From: Bacilli bacterium
GTDB lineage: Bacteria > Bacillota_I > Bacilli_A > ML615J-28 > CAG-698
Length of the DNA stretch: 64,000 nucleotides
Assembly (NCBI GenBank): GCA_028691715.1
Contig: JAQUYR010000001.1
Coordinates: 22,307 to 86,306, forward strand
Direction of reading: 5' to 3'
Numbering within the stretch: position 1 is the stretch's first letter; every line of letters starts with the position of its first letter. The notes below the pieces were generated by a model, which ran no database searches, was not told the DNA's origin, and saw nothing but the letters and a program-made list of their open reading frames with translations. Below are positions 30,840 to 41,865 of this stretch, one piece after another. The position numbers and the translations under genes are program-made.

Positions 30840-31286
30840 TTAGATTACCTCTATTTTTCCACCAGCTTCAACGATTTCCTTTTCTGCTGATTTAGAAAAT
30901 TTATGAGCACATACTATTAGATTTTTCTCTAATTTACCATTTCCTAAAACCTTAATATTTTTTGCATTTTTGCTTATTAGTCCCGCTTTAACTAATATTT
31001 CAGAAGTAACTTTACTTCCAGCTTCGAAACAATCACAGTTTAAGTCAGCAACATTAACAACGGCATAATCTTTTCTGTTCATGTTTGTGAATCCACGTTT
31101 TGGCAATCTCTTGAATAATGGAGTTTGACCACCCTCAAAACCTGGGCGAACACCACCACCACTACGAGAATTTTGTCCTTTGCTTCCACGACCACTTGTT
31201 TTTCCGTGACCGCTGCCTGTTCCGCGACCAATACGTTTTTTACTATGTCTTGCGCCATCTACAGGCTTTAAATCATGTAATTCCAT
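30840..31286 (-). CDS. rplO: 50S ribosomal protein L15
   Basis: 148 aa; Gly/Arg-rich N-terminus typical uL15. Confidence 0.92.
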   Translation of the reverse strand: MELHDLKPVDGARHSKKRIGRGTGSGHGKTSGRGSKGQNSRSGGGVRPGFEGGQTPLFKRLPKRGFTNMNRKDYAVVNVADLNCDCFEAGSKVTSEILVKAGLISKNAKNIKVLGNGKLEKNLIVCAHKFSKSAEKEIVEAGGKIEVI

Positions 31287-31296
31287 GTGAGCCTCC

Positions 31297-31488
31297 TTAA
31301 TCTTCTAACACTTCTATTAAATGACTAACAGTTGCAACCATACCACGAACTGCTTCGTTATCTGGTCTTGTTACCACTTGGTTAATCTTAGATAGTCCTA
31401 AAGCTTTTAAAGTCTTTCCTTGATTGGGTTTACGACCAAATGAGCTTTTAACTAATTTAATAGTAATAGTTTTTTCTTTTTTTGCCAT
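31297..31488 (-). CDS. rpmD: 50S ribosomal protein L30
   Basis: 63 aa; [15 protein letters not shown] typical uL30. Confidence 0.9.
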   Translation of the reverse strand: MAKKEKTITIKLVKSSFGRKPNQGKTLKALGLSKINQVVTRPDNEAVRGMVATVSHLIEVLED

Positions 31489-31494
31489 ATTTCT

Positions 31495-32025
31495 CTACCC
31501 CAAAATTTCCTCAGGCTTTTTTCCTCTAATTTCAGCAACTTGTTCTACTGTTCTTAGAGATTCAAGTCCTTGCATAGTCGCTCTAACTATGTTAATAGGA
31601 GTACTTGAGCCTATTGATTTTGATAATATATCAGAAATTCCTGCCAATTCAACAACGGCACGAACAGGTCCACCGGCGATAACTCCAGTTCCATCTGGTG
31701 CTGGTTTTAAGAATACTCTTCCTGCTCCATAAATTCCTGTTACAGAATGAGGAATTGTTGTGTTTACAATTGGAACATTGATTAAGTTTCTCTTAGCATC
31801 TTCAACTGCTTTTTTAATAGCATCAGGAATTTCAATAGCTTTACCAGTACCAAGTCCTACACGACCTTTTCTATCGCCTACTACTACTAAAGCACTAAAG
31901 CGATATCTTCTACCACCTTTAACAACCTTAGTTACATGGTTGATACTTACAACACGTTCCTCGAACTCTTTAACGACTTCTTCAACAACTTTTCTACTTT
32001 TTCTATTATCTTTATCTTGTTTCAT
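31495..32025 (-). CDS. rpsE: 30S ribosomal protein S5
   Basis: 176 aa; dsRBD-like N domain plus conserved C domain ([14 protein letters not shown]). Confidence 0.93.
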   Translation of the reverse strand: MKQDKDNRKSRKVVEEVVKEFEERVVSINHVTKVVKGGRRYRFSALVVVGDRKGRVGLGTGKAIEIPDAIKKAVEDAKRNLINVPIVNTTIPHSVTGIYGAGRVFLKPAPDGTGVIAGGPVRAVVELAGISDILSKSIGSSTPINIVRATMQGLESLRTVEQVAEIRGKKPEEILG

Positions 32026-32035
32026 CGTTAACCTC

Positions 32036-32398
32036 CTAGAACTTCAATCCAGCGTCTCTAGCAGCATCGGCTAAAGCCTTAACTCTTCCGTGATATAGGT
32101 ATCCACCACGGTCAAAGACAACGCCTTCAATCTTTTTCTCTAACGCTCTTTTTGCTATTAAAGCACCAACTTGTTTTGCTGCTTCAACATTTGAACCATT
32201 TTCTAATTTTAATTCTTTGTCTATACTAGATGCACTTACGATAGTTACACCTTCTACATCATCGATTACTTGAGCATAAATATGTGCATTTGATCTGAAC
32301 ACATTTAAACGAGGTAAGGTAGATGTTCCACTAATATTCTTACGAATTCTTAAATGACGAATACTGCGTGTTTCATTACGCGATTTTTTTGTGATCAC
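32036..32398 (-). CDS. rplR: 50S ribosomal protein L18
   Basis: 120 aa; [18 protein letters not shown] typical uL18. Confidence 0.93.
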   Translation of the reverse strand: MITKKSRNETRSIRHLRIRKNISGTSTLPRLNVFRSNAHIYAQVIDDVEGVTIVSASSIDKELKLENGSNVEAAKQVGALIAKRALEKKIEGVVFDRGGYLYHGRVKALADAARDAGLKF

Positions 32399-32415
32399 TA
32401 CTCATACGCTCCTTT

Positions 32416-32955
32416 CTATTTAGCTTTCTTTCCTTCTTTACGACGAACTATTTCGCCTTTATAACGAATACCTTTACCTAGATAAGGTTCTGGTTTTCTT
32501 ACTTCTCTAATTTCTGCAGCAAATTGACCAACAGCTTGTTTGTCAATTCCTTTAACAACTACTTCTGTTTGTGTTGGAACTTCAACAGTAATTCCTTGAG
32601 GAATTTCCATTTCGATTAGATGAGAATATCCAGCGGCAATCACTAAAACATTTCCTTTCAAAGAAGCACGATAACCTGTTCCTTGAATTTCTAATCCCTT
32701 TACGAAACCATTAGTAACACCTTCTACCATATTGTGTAAAAGGGCTCTAGTTGTTCCGTGAAGAGTTTTATGTTCTTGTGAATCGCTTGGTCTAGCAATC
32801 TTAACATCTGTTCCACTAACAGTGATAGTCATTTCTGGACATAATTTTTGACTGATCTCACCTTTAGGTCCTTTGACTACTACTAAATTTTCAGGTTGTA
32901 CCTCAACAGATACACCTTCTGCTAACTTAATTACTTTATTACCGACTCTTGACAT
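32416..32955 (-). CDS. rplF: 50S ribosomal protein L6
   Basis: 179 aa; MSRVGNKVIKLAEGV typical uL6. Confidence 0.93.
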   Translation of the reverse strand: MSRVGNKVIKLAEGVSVEVQPENLVVVKGPKGEISQKLCPEMTITVSGTDVKIARPSDSQEHKTLHGTTRALLHNMVEGVTNGFVKGLEIQGTGYRASLKGNVLVIAAGYSHLIEMEIPQGITVEVPTQTEVVVKGIDKQAVGQFAAEIREVRKPEPYLGKGIRYKGEIVRRKEGKKAK

Positions 32956-32967
32956 ACTAAAACCTCC

Positions 32968-33378
32968 TTACCAAACATAAGCTACAACTTCGCCACCAAA
33001 ATTTTTTTGGCGTGCTTCTTTGTCAGTCATAACTCCATTTGATGTTGAAACAATAGCGATACCTAAGCCATTTAATACTTTGGGCATTTCGCTTGCTTTA
33101 GCATAAACTCTTAAACCAGGTTTTGATATACGAGTTAAGCCTTTAATTACTCTTTCTTTTTTATCAGTATATTTAAGAGCAACTTTAAGGGTATTCTTTG
33201 TAACACCTTTTTCTGTAACAGAAACAAGTTCTACATCTTTGATATATCCTTCATTCTTGATAACATTTAAAATTTCTTGTTTGATTTTTGATGCTGGAAT
33301 CTCCACATATTCATGCTTCATTTGATTGGCATTACGAATACGAGTAAGCATATCAGCAATTGGATCTGTCATTACCAT
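32968..33378 (-). CDS. rpsH: 30S ribosomal protein S8
   Basis: [15 protein letters not shown] typical uS8 (true start likely 33372). Confidence 0.93.
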   Translation of the reverse strand: MVMTDPIADMLTRIRNANQMKHEYVEIPASKIKQEILNVIKNEGYIKDVELVSVTEKGVTKNTLKVALKYTDKKERVIKGLTRISKPGLRVYAKASEMPKVLNGLGIAIVSTSNGVMTDKEARQKNFGGEVVAYVW

Positions 33379-33392
33379 AGATAGTCTCCTTT

Positions 33393-33578
33393 CTACCAGC
33401 TAGATTTAGTTACGCCAGGAATTTGTCCCTTATTGGCTAACTCTCTAAAGCAGACACGGCATAATTTGAATTTACGGTATACAGCATGTGGTCTTCCACA
33501 ACGCTCGCAACGAGTATATTCTCTAACTTTGAACTTTTGAGTTCTTTTATTTCTAATTTTTAATGATGTTTTAGCCAT
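33393..33578 (-). CDS. rpsN: 30S ribosomal protein S14 type Z (zinc-binding short form)
   Basis: 61 aa; [21 protein letters not shown]-x2-C...C-x2-C. Confidence 0.93.
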   Translation of the reverse strand: MAKTSLKIRNKRTQKFKVREYTRCERCGRPHAVYRKFKLCRVCFRELANKGQIPGVTKSSW

Positions 33579-33593
33579 AGTTCTACTCCCTCA

Positions 33594-34133
33594 CTACTTC
33601 TTAAATGGCATTCCCAATAGGCTTAATAATTCTCGGCCTTCTTCATCGGTTTTTGCTGTTGTAACAATTACGATATCCATACCACGAATTTTTAATACTT
33701 TGTCATAATTGATTTCTGGAAAAATCAATTGTTCTTTAATACCTATTGTATAATTACCACGACCATCAAAAGAGTCTTTGCTTAAGCCTCTGAAGTCTCT
33801 AACTCGAGGAAGAGCAACAGATACTAATTTGTCATAAAATTCGTACATTCTTTCTCCTCTAAGAGTTACTTTACATCCGATTGCAACACCTTCACGAAGT
33901 TTAAATGCAGCTATTGATTTCTTAGCTTTTGTAATAATTGGTTTTTGACCAGTTATTTGTGTTAAATCTTCAACAGCAGCATCTAATGCTTTAGCATTTA
34001 CGATAGCATCACCAACGCCCATATTTACTACAATCTTCTCTAATTTAGGAGCTTGCATAGCGGAAGTATAAGAGAACTTCTTGATTAATGCGCTTTTTAC
34101 ATTTTCATTGTAATTTAATTGTACACGATTCAT
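33594..34133 (-). CDS. rplE: 50S ribosomal protein L5
   Basis: 179 aa, typical uL5. Confidence 0.93.
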   Translation of the reverse strand: MNRVQLNYNENVKSALIKKFSYTSAMQAPKLEKIVVNMGVGDAIVNAKALDAAVEDLTQITGQKPIITKAKKSIAAFKLREGVAIGCKVTLRGERMYEFYDKLVSVALPRVRDFRGLSKDSFDGRGNYTIGIKEQLIFPEINYDKVLKIRGMDIVIVTTAKTDEEGRELLSLLGMPFKK

Positions 34134-34143
34134 ATTTCTCCTC

Positions 34144-34455
34144 CTACTTATCTAGCAAGTTTCCAGATTTTTTAGCGAAACGAACTTTCTTACCATTTTC
34201 TTCTTTATAGCCTACTCTAGAAACTTGACTAGCCTTAGTATCGTAAACCATAACATTTGAAATAGCAATTGGAGCTTCCTTTTTAATAATTCCGCCGTCT
34301 GGATTTGCATTTGATGGTCTAGTATGACGTGAAATAATGTTTACGCCTTCAACAACAACGCGATTATCGCTGACTAAAACCTTCAAAACCTTTCCTATTT
34401 TGCCTTTATTATCACCGCTAATTACTTTAACGGTATCACCTTTTTTAACAAACAT
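34144..34455 (-). CDS. rplX: 50S ribosomal protein L24
   Basis: 103 aa; KOW motif [16 protein letters not shown]. Confidence 0.93.
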   Translation of the reverse strand: MFVKKGDTVKVISGDNKGKIGKVLKVLVSDNRVVVEGVNIISRHTRPSNANPDGGIIKKEAPIAISNVMVYDTKASQVSRVGYKEENGKKVRFAKKSGNLLDK

Positions 34456-34465
34456 ACTTTCCTCC

Positions 34466-34834
34466 TTATAAAACCTCAGGAGCTAAGGAAATTATTTTCA
34501 TAAAGTCCTTATCACGTAATTCACGGGCAACTGGGCCAAAAATACGTGTTCCTTTAGGAGTTTTATCATCACGAATAATAACTGCAGCATTATCATCAAA
34601 TTTAATGTAACTACCATCAGTTCTTCTTAAAGCGCTCCTTGTTCTAACAATTACTGCTTTAACAACTTCACCTTTTTTAACAGTGCCACCAGGAGTTGCA
34701 CTTTTTACAGTAGCAACAATAATATCGCCAACACTTGCATATCTGCGTCTTGTTCCGCCTAATACTTTAATTGTTAAGATTTCTTTAGCACCTGAATTGT
34801 CGGCTACTTTTAATCTCGATTCTTGTTGTATCAT
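34466..34834 (-). CDS. rplN: 50S ribosomal protein L14
   Basis: 122 aa; [18 protein letters not shown] typical uL14. Confidence 0.93.
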   Translation of the reverse strand: MIQQESRLKVADNSGAKEILTIKVLGGTRRRYASVGDIIVATVKSATPGGTVKKGEVVKAVIVRTRSALRRTDGSYIKFDDNAAVIIRDDKTPKGTRIFGPVARELRDKDFMKIISLAPEVL

Positions 34835-34846
34835 TATTTTCGCCTC

Positions 34847-35107
34847 CTATAGTTGGACAGCACGTTCAACTATTTCAACTAAACGGAATTTCTTTGTTTT
34901 TGATAATGGTCTTGTTTCCATAATCTTAACGATATCTCCCATCTTAGCATCATTAGTTTCATCATGAGCTGTGAACTTCTTAGTATATTCAACGCGCTTT
35001 CCATATAGAGGATGCTTGCGATATGTAGTAATTAAAACTTTGATAGTTTTATCTTCTTTAGTTGATACAACTTTACCAGTGTATTCTTTTCTACTATTTC
35101 TTTCCAT
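34847..35107 (-). CDS. rpsQ: 30S ribosomal protein S17
   Basis: ORF-track start 35137 is probably over-extended; [15 protein letters not shown] matches uS17 N-termini. Confidence 0.9.
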   Translation of the reverse strand: MERNSRKEYTGKVVSTKEDKTIKVLITTYRKHPLYGKRVEYTKKFTAHDETNDAKMGDIVKIMETRPLSKTKKFRLVEIVERAVQL

Positions 35108-35117
35108 AGTCTCCTCC

Positions 35118-35360
35118 TTATTTAGCCTCGTTTGCACGTTCAGTTAAAATTGTCTTCATACGAGCAATTTGCTTTTTTGTTTTACTGATTTGTGCTGTAT
35201 TTTCCAATTTACCTACTGCAGCTTGGAAACGCAAATTAAACAATTCTTGCTTTAATTCCTTAATATTTTCTTCAATAGTGGTAACGTCTAATTTACGAAG
35301 TTTGTCTGTTTCTGACTCTCTAATGATTGGAGCAACAACTTTATTTTCTTTCTTAGCCAT
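35118..35360 (-). CDS. rpmC: 50S ribosomal protein L29 (N-terminally extended form)
   Basis: [21 protein letters not shown] core of uL29. Start taken at MAKKEN (overlaps rplP end as usual). Confidence 0.88.
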   Translation of the reverse strand: MAKKENKVVAPIIRESETDKLRKLDVTTIEENIKELKQELFNLRFQAAVGKLENTAQISKTKKQIARMKTILTERANEAK

Positions 35361-35778
35361 TATTCTCACCACTTTCTTTCTTGATTATTTTTGTTGGAAT
35401 AGGTAATTTATGAGCAGCAAGTCTTAATGCTTCACGAGCAATTTCTTCACTTACTCCACCAATTTCAAACATAACTGTACCTCTTTTTACTACAGCAACG
35501 TAGCAATCAGGAGCACCTTTACCACCACCCATACGAACTTCAAGAGGCTTATGAGTTTGTGCCATATGAGGGAATATTCTAATCCAAACAGCACCTTCAC
35601 GCTTCATATAACGAGTCATCGCAATACGAGCTGCCTCAATTTGTTGAGTAGTAAGCCAAGTTCCAAGTTGAGCTTGTAATCCGTATTCACCAAAATTAAT
35701 TTCTTTAGCACCTTTTGCCTTACCTTCATAACTTACACGATGAGGACGACGATACTTTGTTCTTTTAGGCATCAACAT
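35353..35778 (-). CDS. rplP: 50S ribosomal protein L16
   Basis: 141 aa; [14 protein letters not shown] typical uL16. Confidence 0.93.
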   Translation of the reverse strand: MLMPKRTKYRRPHRVSYEGKAKGAKEINFGEYGLQAQLGTWLTTQQIEAARIAMTRYMKREGAVWIRIFPHMAQTHKPLEVRMGGGKGAPDCYVAVVKRGTVMFEIGGVSEEIAREALRLAAHKLPIPTKIIKKESGENNG

Positions 35779-35780
35779 AA

Positions 35781-36437
35781 TTAATTTGCCTCCTTCTTAG
35801 TCTTCTTGGCTGGTAAAACTTCTCCTTTACAAATCCAAACTTTTACACCTAGTTTACCATAAGTTGTATTTGCTTCTGCAAGAGCATAGTCAATGTCAGA
35901 TCTAAGAGTGTGTAGAGGAACAGTTCCTTCACTGTAACCTTCACGACGAGCCATTTCAGCGCCTCCTAAACGGCCAGCGATTGAAGTCTTGATACCTTTG
36001 GCACCAGCCTTCATACATCTTTGAATAGCCATTTTTTGAACACGTCTAAATGATGCTCTGTTCTCCAATTGTTCTGCCATATTTCTAGCAACCAACATTG
36101 CATCTAAGTCTGGATTTTTGATCTCGACAACACTTAAAAATATTGTCTTACCAGTCATCTTTTGTAATTTTTCTACTATTTGAGCTTTAATAGCTCCGTC
36201 ACGGCCAATAACTACACCTGGTTTAGCAGTGTGAATAGTTAACATGATTTTAGTTTTTGTACGTTCGATTTCTACTGTTGACACATATGCCTTTTTATAG
36301 AAATCTTGAATTGTTTCACGAATCTTAAAATCTTCGTGTAATAATGCAGGAACTTCTAATTTATTTGCATACCATTTAGATTCCCAGTCACGAATTATAC
36401 CAACTCTTAATCCTATTGGATTAACTTTTTGTCCCAT
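35781..36437 (-). CDS. rpsC: 30S ribosomal protein S3
   Basis: 218 aa; [16 protein letters not shown] domain. Confidence 0.93.
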   Translation of the reverse strand: MGQKVNPIGLRVGIIRDWESKWYANKLEVPALLHEDFKIRETIQDFYKKAYVSTVEIERTKTKIMLTIHTAKPGVVIGRDGAIKAQIVEKLQKMTGKTIFLSVVEIKNPDLDAMLVARNMAEQLENRASFRRVQKMAIQRCMKAGAKGIKTSIAGRLGGAEMARREGYSEGTVPLHTLRSDIDYALAEANTTYGKLGVKVWICKGEVLPAKKTKKEAN

Positions 36438-36446
36438 GTGTTCCTC

Positions 36447-36800
36447 CTATTCCCTTTCTGCAAGAACAATTGTTATATGACTTGTTCTTTTTAAAAGTGC
36501 ACTACCACTACCTTTTGCTCTAGGCAACATACGTTTTAAAGTTGGTCCTTCGTTAACATAGCCTTCTTTAACAAATAATAGTTTTTGATCCATCTTTTTA
36601 TTATTAACAGCATTTGCTGTTGCTGATTTTAAAACTTTTTCGATTACTTCTGTTGATCCTTTAGGAGTTAACTTAAGAATAGCAACAGCCTCACCGATAC
36701 TTTTTCCTCTTATCATATCCATAACTAAACGGGCTTTACGAGGAGTAACACGAACAGTTTTAGCGATAGCTTTAGCTTCTAATTTTACTACTTCTTCCAT
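36447..36800 (-). CDS. rplV: 50S ribosomal protein L22
   Basis: 117 aa, typical uL22. Confidence 0.93.
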   Translation of the reverse strand: MEEVVKLEAKAIAKTVRVTPRKARLVMDMIRGKSIGEAVAILKLTPKGSTEVIEKVLKSATANAVNNKKMDQKLLFVKEGYVNEGPTLKRMLPRAKGSGSALLKRTSHITIVLAERE

Positions 36801-36812
36801 TATGCCATCCTC

Positions 36813-37091
36813 CTATTTCTTAACTGTAGCCTTTTTATCTTTACCGTGTCCACGGTAAGTTCTAGTAGGTGCAAATTCACCTAATTTATGTCCGACCATA
36901 TCTTCAGTAACATATACTGGAATGTGACTCTTACCATTATAAACGGCAATTGTACGGCCGATAAATTCAGGAAAAATTGTTGAACGACGTGACCATGTTT
37001 GAATAACCTTTTTTGTGTTTTCTCCTTGTTCAACGATTTTCTTCATCAAATGTTCATCACAAAAAGGTCCTTTTTTAATTGAGCGTGCCAT
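36813..37091 (-). CDS. rpsS: 30S ribosomal protein S19
   Basis: 92 aa; [10 protein letters not shown] typical uS19. Confidence 0.93.
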   Translation of the reverse strand: MARSIKKGPFCDEHLMKKIVEQGENTKKVIQTWSRRSTIFPEFIGRTIAVYNGKSHIPVYVTEDMVGHKLGEFAPTRTYRGHGKDKKATVKK

Positions 37092-37107
37092 TGTTTATTT
37101 CTCCTTT

Positions 37108-37938
37108 CTATCCATTGCGGCGACGTACTATTAAGTCGCTAGATTTTTTCTTTTTATTACGAGTCTTAAGACCAAGAGCAACTTTACCCCAAGGAGTAAG
37201 TGGAGCTTTTCTTCCGACTGGAGCTTTACCTTCACCACCACCATGAGGATGATCGTTAGGGTTCATAACTGATCCACGAACTGTTGGTCTGACACCTAGA
37301 TATCTAGTTCTACCAGCTTTACCAATATTCACGTTCATGTAATCAGAATTGCCTACTTCACCGATAGTAGCACGGCAAACAGCTAATATTTTTCTAACTT
37401 CTCCACTAGTCAAACGAACTAATGTATATTTATCTTCACGCCCTAAAATCTGAGCGCTAGTACCAGCTGAACGAACTAATTGTCCACCTTTACCAGGATA
37501 CAATTCAATATTATGAATTACTGTACCAACTGGAATCTTACCTAATGGTAAGCTATTACCAACAATAATATCAGCACTTTCACCAGATACAATTTTTTGT
37601 CCGATAGTTAATCCTTTAGGAGCAATGATATATCTCTTTTCACCATCAACATAGCTGATTAAAGCGATATTTGCTGATCTGTTAGGATCGTATTCAATTG
37701 TTGACACAGTTCCAACAATACCATCTTTATTGCGTTTGAAGTCAATAATACGATATTTTTGTTTATGTCCACCGCCTTGATGACGGACAGTTATTTTACC
37801 TGTGTTGTTACGACCTCCATTTTTCTTTAGTGGAGCCAGTAAACTTTTTTCAGGAGTAGATGTTGTAATTTCATCAAACACCAACACTGACATGCCACGA
37901 CGGCCGTTAGTCGTTGGATTGTATTTTTTAATAGCCAT
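37108..37938 (-). CDS. rplB: 50S ribosomal protein L2
   Basis: 276 aa; [14 protein letters not shown] typical uL2. Confidence 0.93.
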   Translation of the reverse strand: MAIKKYNPTTNGRRGMSVLVFDEITTSTPEKSLLAPLKKNGGRNNTGKITVRHQGGGHKQKYRIIDFKRNKDGIVGTVSTIEYDPNRSANIALISYVDGEKRYIIAPKGLTIGQKIVSGESADIIVGNSLPLGKIPVGTVIHNIELYPGKGGQLVRSAGTSAQILGREDKYTLVRLTSGEVRKILAVCRATIGEVGNSDYMNVNIGKAGRTRYLGVRPTVRGSVMNPNDHPHGGGEGKAPVGRKAPLTPWGKVALGLKTRNKKKKSSDLIVRRRNG

Positions 37939-37956
37939 TTTACGCTACCTCCTATA

Positions 37957-38241
37957 TTACACTTCAAAAACGTCTAATGTTTGACCTTCTGCTAATGTCA
38001 CAATTGCTTTGCGGACTGCAGGGCGGAAACCTTCATATTTTCCTACACGACGTTCTTTTTTTCTAACGTTAATGACATTTACTTTAACAACATTAACTTT
38101 AAATATTTCTTCGATTGCTTTTTTTATTTCGACTTTATTTGCACCTTGCATTACTTCGAAAGTATACTTTCTTGCCTCAACAAGTTTTGTTGATTTTTCA
38201 GTAATCAAAGGGCGGACAATAATATCATAAGGATTTTTCAT
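37957..38241 (-). CDS. rplW: 50S ribosomal protein L23
   Basis: 94 aa, typical uL23. Confidence 0.92.
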   Translation of the reverse strand: MKNPYDIIVRPLITEKSTKLVEARKYTFEVMQGANKVEIKKAIEEIFKVNVVKVNVINVRKKERRVGKYEGFRPAVRKAIVTLAEGQTLDVFEV

Positions 38242-38864
38242 TATTTAAGATCCTCCTCGTATTTTTTTGCTACACTTTCAGTCATTACATACAAATTAGA
38301 GTTAATTAAGTCATAAACACTTAAATGAGCTTTTGTTTGTACATAAACACCAGGAATATTACTTCCTGCTTTTACCAAATTGTAGTTTTCTTCATCGGTA
38401 ATAACTAAAACTTTACCTTCTGCTTTGATATTGTTCAATACAGCAACTAATGTCTTTGTCTTGAAATCTTCTAAATTAAATTGATCAACAACAATAATTT
38501 TTTCTTGTTGACATCTATCAGATAACAATGATTTAACAGCTAGTTTTGTAACTTTTTTATTAACTTTAACACTATAACTTCTAGGTGTTGGACCAAAAAC
38601 AATACCTCCACCGCGCCATTGAGGAGATCTTATAGATCCTTGTCGCGCACGTCCTGTACCTTTTTGACGCCAAGGTTTTCTACCACCACCACTAACTTCA
38701 CTACGACCTTTAGTTTTGTGGGTTCCTTGACGCATAGCAGCTCTTTCAGCATTTACTACATCGTAAACTACTTGCATATTGGGTTCGATTCCAAACACTT
38801 CATTATTTAAATCGACTTTTCCAACTTCTGCACCAGATTGGTTTAATACAACTATACTAGGCAT
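38241..38864 (-). CDS. rplD: 50S ribosomal protein L4
   Basis: 207 aa, typical uL4 with Gly/Arg-rich loop. Confidence 0.93.
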   Translation of the reverse strand: MPSIVVLNQSGAEVGKVDLNNEVFGIEPNMQVVYDVVNAERAAMRQGTHKTKGRSEVSGGGRKPWRQKGTGRARQGSIRSPQWRGGGIVFGPTPRSYSVKVNKKVTKLAVKSLLSDRCQQEKIIVVDQFNLEDFKTKTLVAVLNNIKAEGKVLVITDEENYNLVKAGSNIPGVYVQTKAHLSVYDLINSNLYVMTESVAKKYEEDLK

Positions 38865-38879
38865 CTTTATTCTCCTTTC

Positions 38880-39539
38880 CTAAGCTAACGCTTCGGGGTT
38901 AATGGCAGCAGATGATTTTTTAACTGCATTTGAAACGAATACAAATGAGTTTTTAGATCCTGGTACATTACCTCTAATTAGCATTACATTTTTTTCTAAA
39001 TCAATTTTTACAACTTCTAAGTTTTGAACAGTAACTTGTTCTCCACCCATTCTACCAGCTAATTTTTTACCTTTTTTAATTCTAGCAGCATCAATAGAAC
39101 CCATTGAACCAGTTCCGCGATGATAACCAGATCCATGAGCCATAGGGCCTGTATGAAAATTCCAGCGTTTAATAACACCTTGGTAACCTTTACCTTTACT
39201 AGTTCCAGTTACATCTACAATTTCACCCTCTACAAATATATTTGCTTTTACCTCTTGACCTACTTCAAAGACAGCCATTTCCTCCCCAGCGATCTCTTTA
39301 ATGAAGCGCTTAGGGGTAGTTTGTGCCTTTGCAGCATGTCCTTTTTCAGGATTTATAGCGCGACTTTCTTTTTTCTCGCCAAATCCCAACTGTACAGCCT
39401 GATACCCATCAGTATCAACTGTCTTTTTTTGCAACACAACGTTTCCACCAACTTCTATAACTGTTACAGGAATTAGTTCACCTTGAGCTGAAAAAATTTG
39501 TGTCATACCAATTTTTTTACCTAAGATTCCTTTGGCCAT
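38880..39539 (-). CDS. rplC: 50S ribosomal protein L3
   Basis: 219 aa; [16 protein letters not shown] typical uL3. Confidence 0.93.
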   Translation of the reverse strand: MAKGILGKKIGMTQIFSAQGELIPVTVIEVGGNVVLQKKTVDTDGYQAVQLGFGEKKESRAINPEKGHAAKAQTTPKRFIKEIAGEEMAVFEVGQEVKANIFVEGEIVDVTGTSKGKGYQGVIKRWNFHTGPMAHGSGYHRGTGSMGSIDAARIKKGKKLAGRMGGEQVTVQNLEVVKIDLEKNVMLIRGNVPGSKNSFVFVSNAVKKSSAAINPEALA

Positions 39540-39560
39540 GAGTGTTTCCTCCTTTACTCA

Positions 39561-39866
39561 TTATTTTAAAATGATGTCAACACCTGCTGGAATCTCTAAG
39601 TGAATTAAAGCATCCATAGTTTTTGGTGTTGTTTCCACAATATCGATAAGACGTTTGTGGGTTCTTCTCTCGAATTGTTCACGACTATCTTTATGTTTGT
39701 GTGGTGAACGAATTACAGTAAAGACTTCTTTTTCTGTTGGTAGTGGGATTGGTCCAGATACCTTAGCACCTGTCTTTTTCGCCGTCTCAACAATTTTCTT
39801 AGCTGACTCATCAATTAGTCTGTGATCATAAGAAATTAACTTAATTCTTAATGCTGTTTTTGCCAT
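39561..39866 (-). CDS. rpsJ: 30S ribosomal protein S10
   Basis: ORF track extends upstream to 39905. [10 protein letters not shown]... start has GAGGAGG RBS and matches uS10 length (101 aa). Confidence 0.92.
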   Translation of the reverse strand: MAKTALRIKLISYDHRLIDESAKKIVETAKKTGAKVSGPIPLPTEKEVFTVIRSPHKHKDSREQFERRTHKRLIDIVETTPKTMDALIHLEIPAGVDIILK

Positions 39867-39997
39867 GTTTTTTTCCTCCTCTTGCATCCATTTTAAATGT
39901 AGCATCGACTCAACACGAATTCCCTAATAACAAGGACTTTGGCAACGCGTCCGTGTGTATCAGCAACCTCGCATATCATTGTCTCTCTCTAACCTTA

Positions 39998-40032
39998 CGT
40001 ATTATACTAGAATTACTCGGGAAAGTCAACTG
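39998..40032 (-). promoter_or_regulatory. Sigma-A promoter of the S10-spc-alpha ribosomal operon
   Basis: Minus strand TTGACT-17 nt-TATAAT (both hexamers near-perfect consensus), ~127 nt upstream of rpsJ. A second weaker TTGACA-17-TATTCT lies ~75 nt further upstream. Confidence 0.65.
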
Positions 40033-40099
40033 TTTTTTAAATTTTAACATCCTAATATTTTTTATTTTCAATAAAGAATAAAAATGTCCATATTTATTG

Positions 40100-40140
40100 T
40101 CAAAATAAAAACCCCCAATTATTCTATAATTGAGGGAAAA
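40100..40140 (-). terminator. Rho-independent terminator of the YebC-family gene
   Basis: Minus strand CCCUCAAUUAU-AGA-AUAAUUGGGGG followed by UUUUUAUUUUG, immediately after the stop. Confidence 0.6.
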
Positions 40141-40143
40141 CTT

Positions 40144-40869
40144 TTATTCACCTTTTTTTACATTGTCATATACATCTTGAACATCTTCGATTTCATCCAT
40201 CATTTCTTGGAATCTTTCATATTTACGAATGTCGTTTTCATCGGTTAATTCTGTATATGTTTGAGGTATCCATGTGGTCTCATCTTCTTCAAACTCAATT
40301 CCTGGAAAACTCTCTTGTAAAGCTGTCTTAATCTTTGAATATTCTGTTTGTGGAGCATATACTGTTACGTACTCTTCATCTTTTTCAACATCATTGACAT
40401 CACAATCAGCCATGATTAAAGCGTCAAGTACCTCTTCATCGCCATAACCCTTAAAGGTAAATATGGCTAGGTTATCAAACATATGAGCAACACATCCTGA
40501 TACTCCTAGTTTAAATCCGCATCTTCCAAAAGCGGTTTTAACGGTAGTGTAAGTTCTATTCACATTATCTGTTAGGCAATCAACTATTACCATACAGTTA
40601 TTTGGACCAAATCCTTCATAGCGAATGAAATTATATGCTTCTCCTGCCCCACCTTTGGCTTTCTCAATTGCTCTTTTGATAACATCAACGGGTACATTAT
40701 TTTTCTTTGCTTTTTCTATTTCTTTTTTTAGAGTTTGATTCAAGTCAGGATCAGGTACACCAGACTTTGCTGCTACATAAACCGCTGTAGCATATTTGGC
40801 GTTATTTTTACTTTTGATAGCTGCCGTTTTCGCCATAGAAGCGGCTCTAACTTCATGTGCTCTTCCCAT
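40144..40869 (-). CDS. YebC/PmpR family DNA-binding transcriptional regulator
   Basis: 241 aa; MGRAHEVRAASMAKTAAIKSK...YEGFGPNN hallmark of YebC/TACO1 family. Confidence 0.9.
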   Translation of the reverse strand: MGRAHEVRAASMAKTAAIKSKNNAKYATAVYVAAKSGVPDPDLNQTLKKEIEKAKKNNVPVDVIKRAIEKAKGGAGEAYNFIRYEGFGPNNCMVIVDCLTDNVNRTYTTVKTAFGRCGFKLGVSGCVAHMFDNLAIFTFKGYGDEEVLDALIMADCDVNDVEKDEEYVTVYAPQTEYSKIKTALQESFPGIEFEEDETTWIPQTYTELTDENDIRKYERFQEMMDEIEDVQDVYDNVKKGE

Positions 40870-41011
40870 AAATTCTTCTCCTGTTCTTTTCTTTCAAATT
40901 TATTACTTTTCTATTATATCATGATTTCCTGAAAATTTAAAGGCTTTTTTCATTTTTTCTTATACAAACAATTTCCATTGATTAATCTTTAATCATGTTT
41001 TTATTCACAAC

Positions 41012-41038
41012 AATAAAAACCCCTCTAATAGAGGCGGT
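41012..41038 (-). terminator. Weak hairpin terminator after the GNAT gene
   Basis: CCGCCUCUAUUAGAGGGG stem followed by UUUUUAUUG on minus strand. Confidence 0.35.
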
Positions 41039-41040
41039 TA

Positions 41041-41793
41041 TTAATCTTCTAAATATCTCTTCAAATATCGAGGATTTATTCGACTGGTTTCTAAAAGAAT
41101 AAACACATCAACGCTTTTAAATGGTTCATCAATATAGACTCCCTCGCCAACAGTAGCCCCTAGCTTAGCATATCCTTTGACTAAAGGGGGAACCTCTTTT
41201 TTTACCATATTCAAGTCAATTTTATCCTGCTCTAGCATTTTCATATCGCAACAAGAATCTTCTTGAGCATATGCCCTAATCTCATCGGGTGATAAATAGT
41301 TATAATACAAATATGATAAACAATTTTTATATTCCGAAGGATCGGTGCCATGAAATGATGCAGTTCCAAACAAAAATTTGATATTTAAATCCATAGAATA
41401 TCTAATTACTGCTTTCCAAAGCAAACCGATAACTAGACCATCGCGATACTTTTCTTTAACAACGGCTCTTCCAATTTCTAGAATGTCACCATTTTTATCC
41501 TTGATTTTATCAATGTTAAATTCACCCTCTGTTAGAAATTGACCAACTTTTTGAGCATGTTCTCTTCTGATTAAACGATATGTCCCAACAACTTCATCAA
41601 TATCTGTATCAACAGCGATTAAATAATCACAATAGTTATCATAATCATCTCTATCTATCTCTAAATTATTTACCTTACTTTTGTTGTAATCAAGAATTAA
41701 ATCCTGATAGCGAAGACGATAAACCTGCTGTTTTTCTTCCTCAGTTTCGGCTATTTTAATTAAAATATTATTCACTGAAAACTCTTGAAACAT
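41041..41793 (-). CDS. GNAT-fold N-acyltransferase of the N-acyl amino acid synthase / OlsB / putative-hemolysin family (PF13444-like)
   Basis: 250 aa; YRLRYQDLILDY near N-terminus and EVPPLVKGYAKLGATVGEG resembling the PPLxKGYxRxGA motif of OlsB/FeeM-type N-acyl amino acid synthases. Confidence 0.5.
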   Translation of the reverse strand: MFQEFSVNNILIKIAETEEEKQQVYRLRYQDLILDYNKSKVNNLEIDRDDYDNYCDYLIAVDTDIDEVVGTYRLIRREHAQKVGQFLTEGEFNIDKIKDKNGDILEIGRAVVKEKYRDGLVIGLLWKAVIRYSMDLNIKFLFGTASFHGTDPSEYKNCLSYLYYNYLSPDEIRAYAQEDSCCDMKMLEQDKIDLNMVKKEVPPLVKGYAKLGATVGEGVYIDEPFKSVDVFILLETSRINPRYLKRYLED

Positions 41794-41865
41794 TTTTTTT
41801 ACCTCAAAATAATCCCATTAGACAATATGGTATCATATTTGTGGAATGTTTTCAAGACCTTTATA

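Noticed and set aside
31424-32074. Plus-strand ORFs (102 aa and 104 aa) inside rpsE/rpmD on the opposite strand. Similar antisense ORFs occur at 26273-26878, 34683-34967, 38009-38230, 38619-38810 and 39120-39476.
   Set aside because: They lie antisense to highly conserved ribosomal protein genes. They are low-complexity (Ser/Thr/Leu-rich), lack an RBS, and are the expected by-product of AT-rich codon usage.
33393-33578. Short 61-aa rpsN and 37-aa rpmJ considered as possible truncated pseudogenes
   Set aside because: Both are the normal zinc-ribbon short forms (S14 type Z, L36 C3H) with intact Cys ligands.
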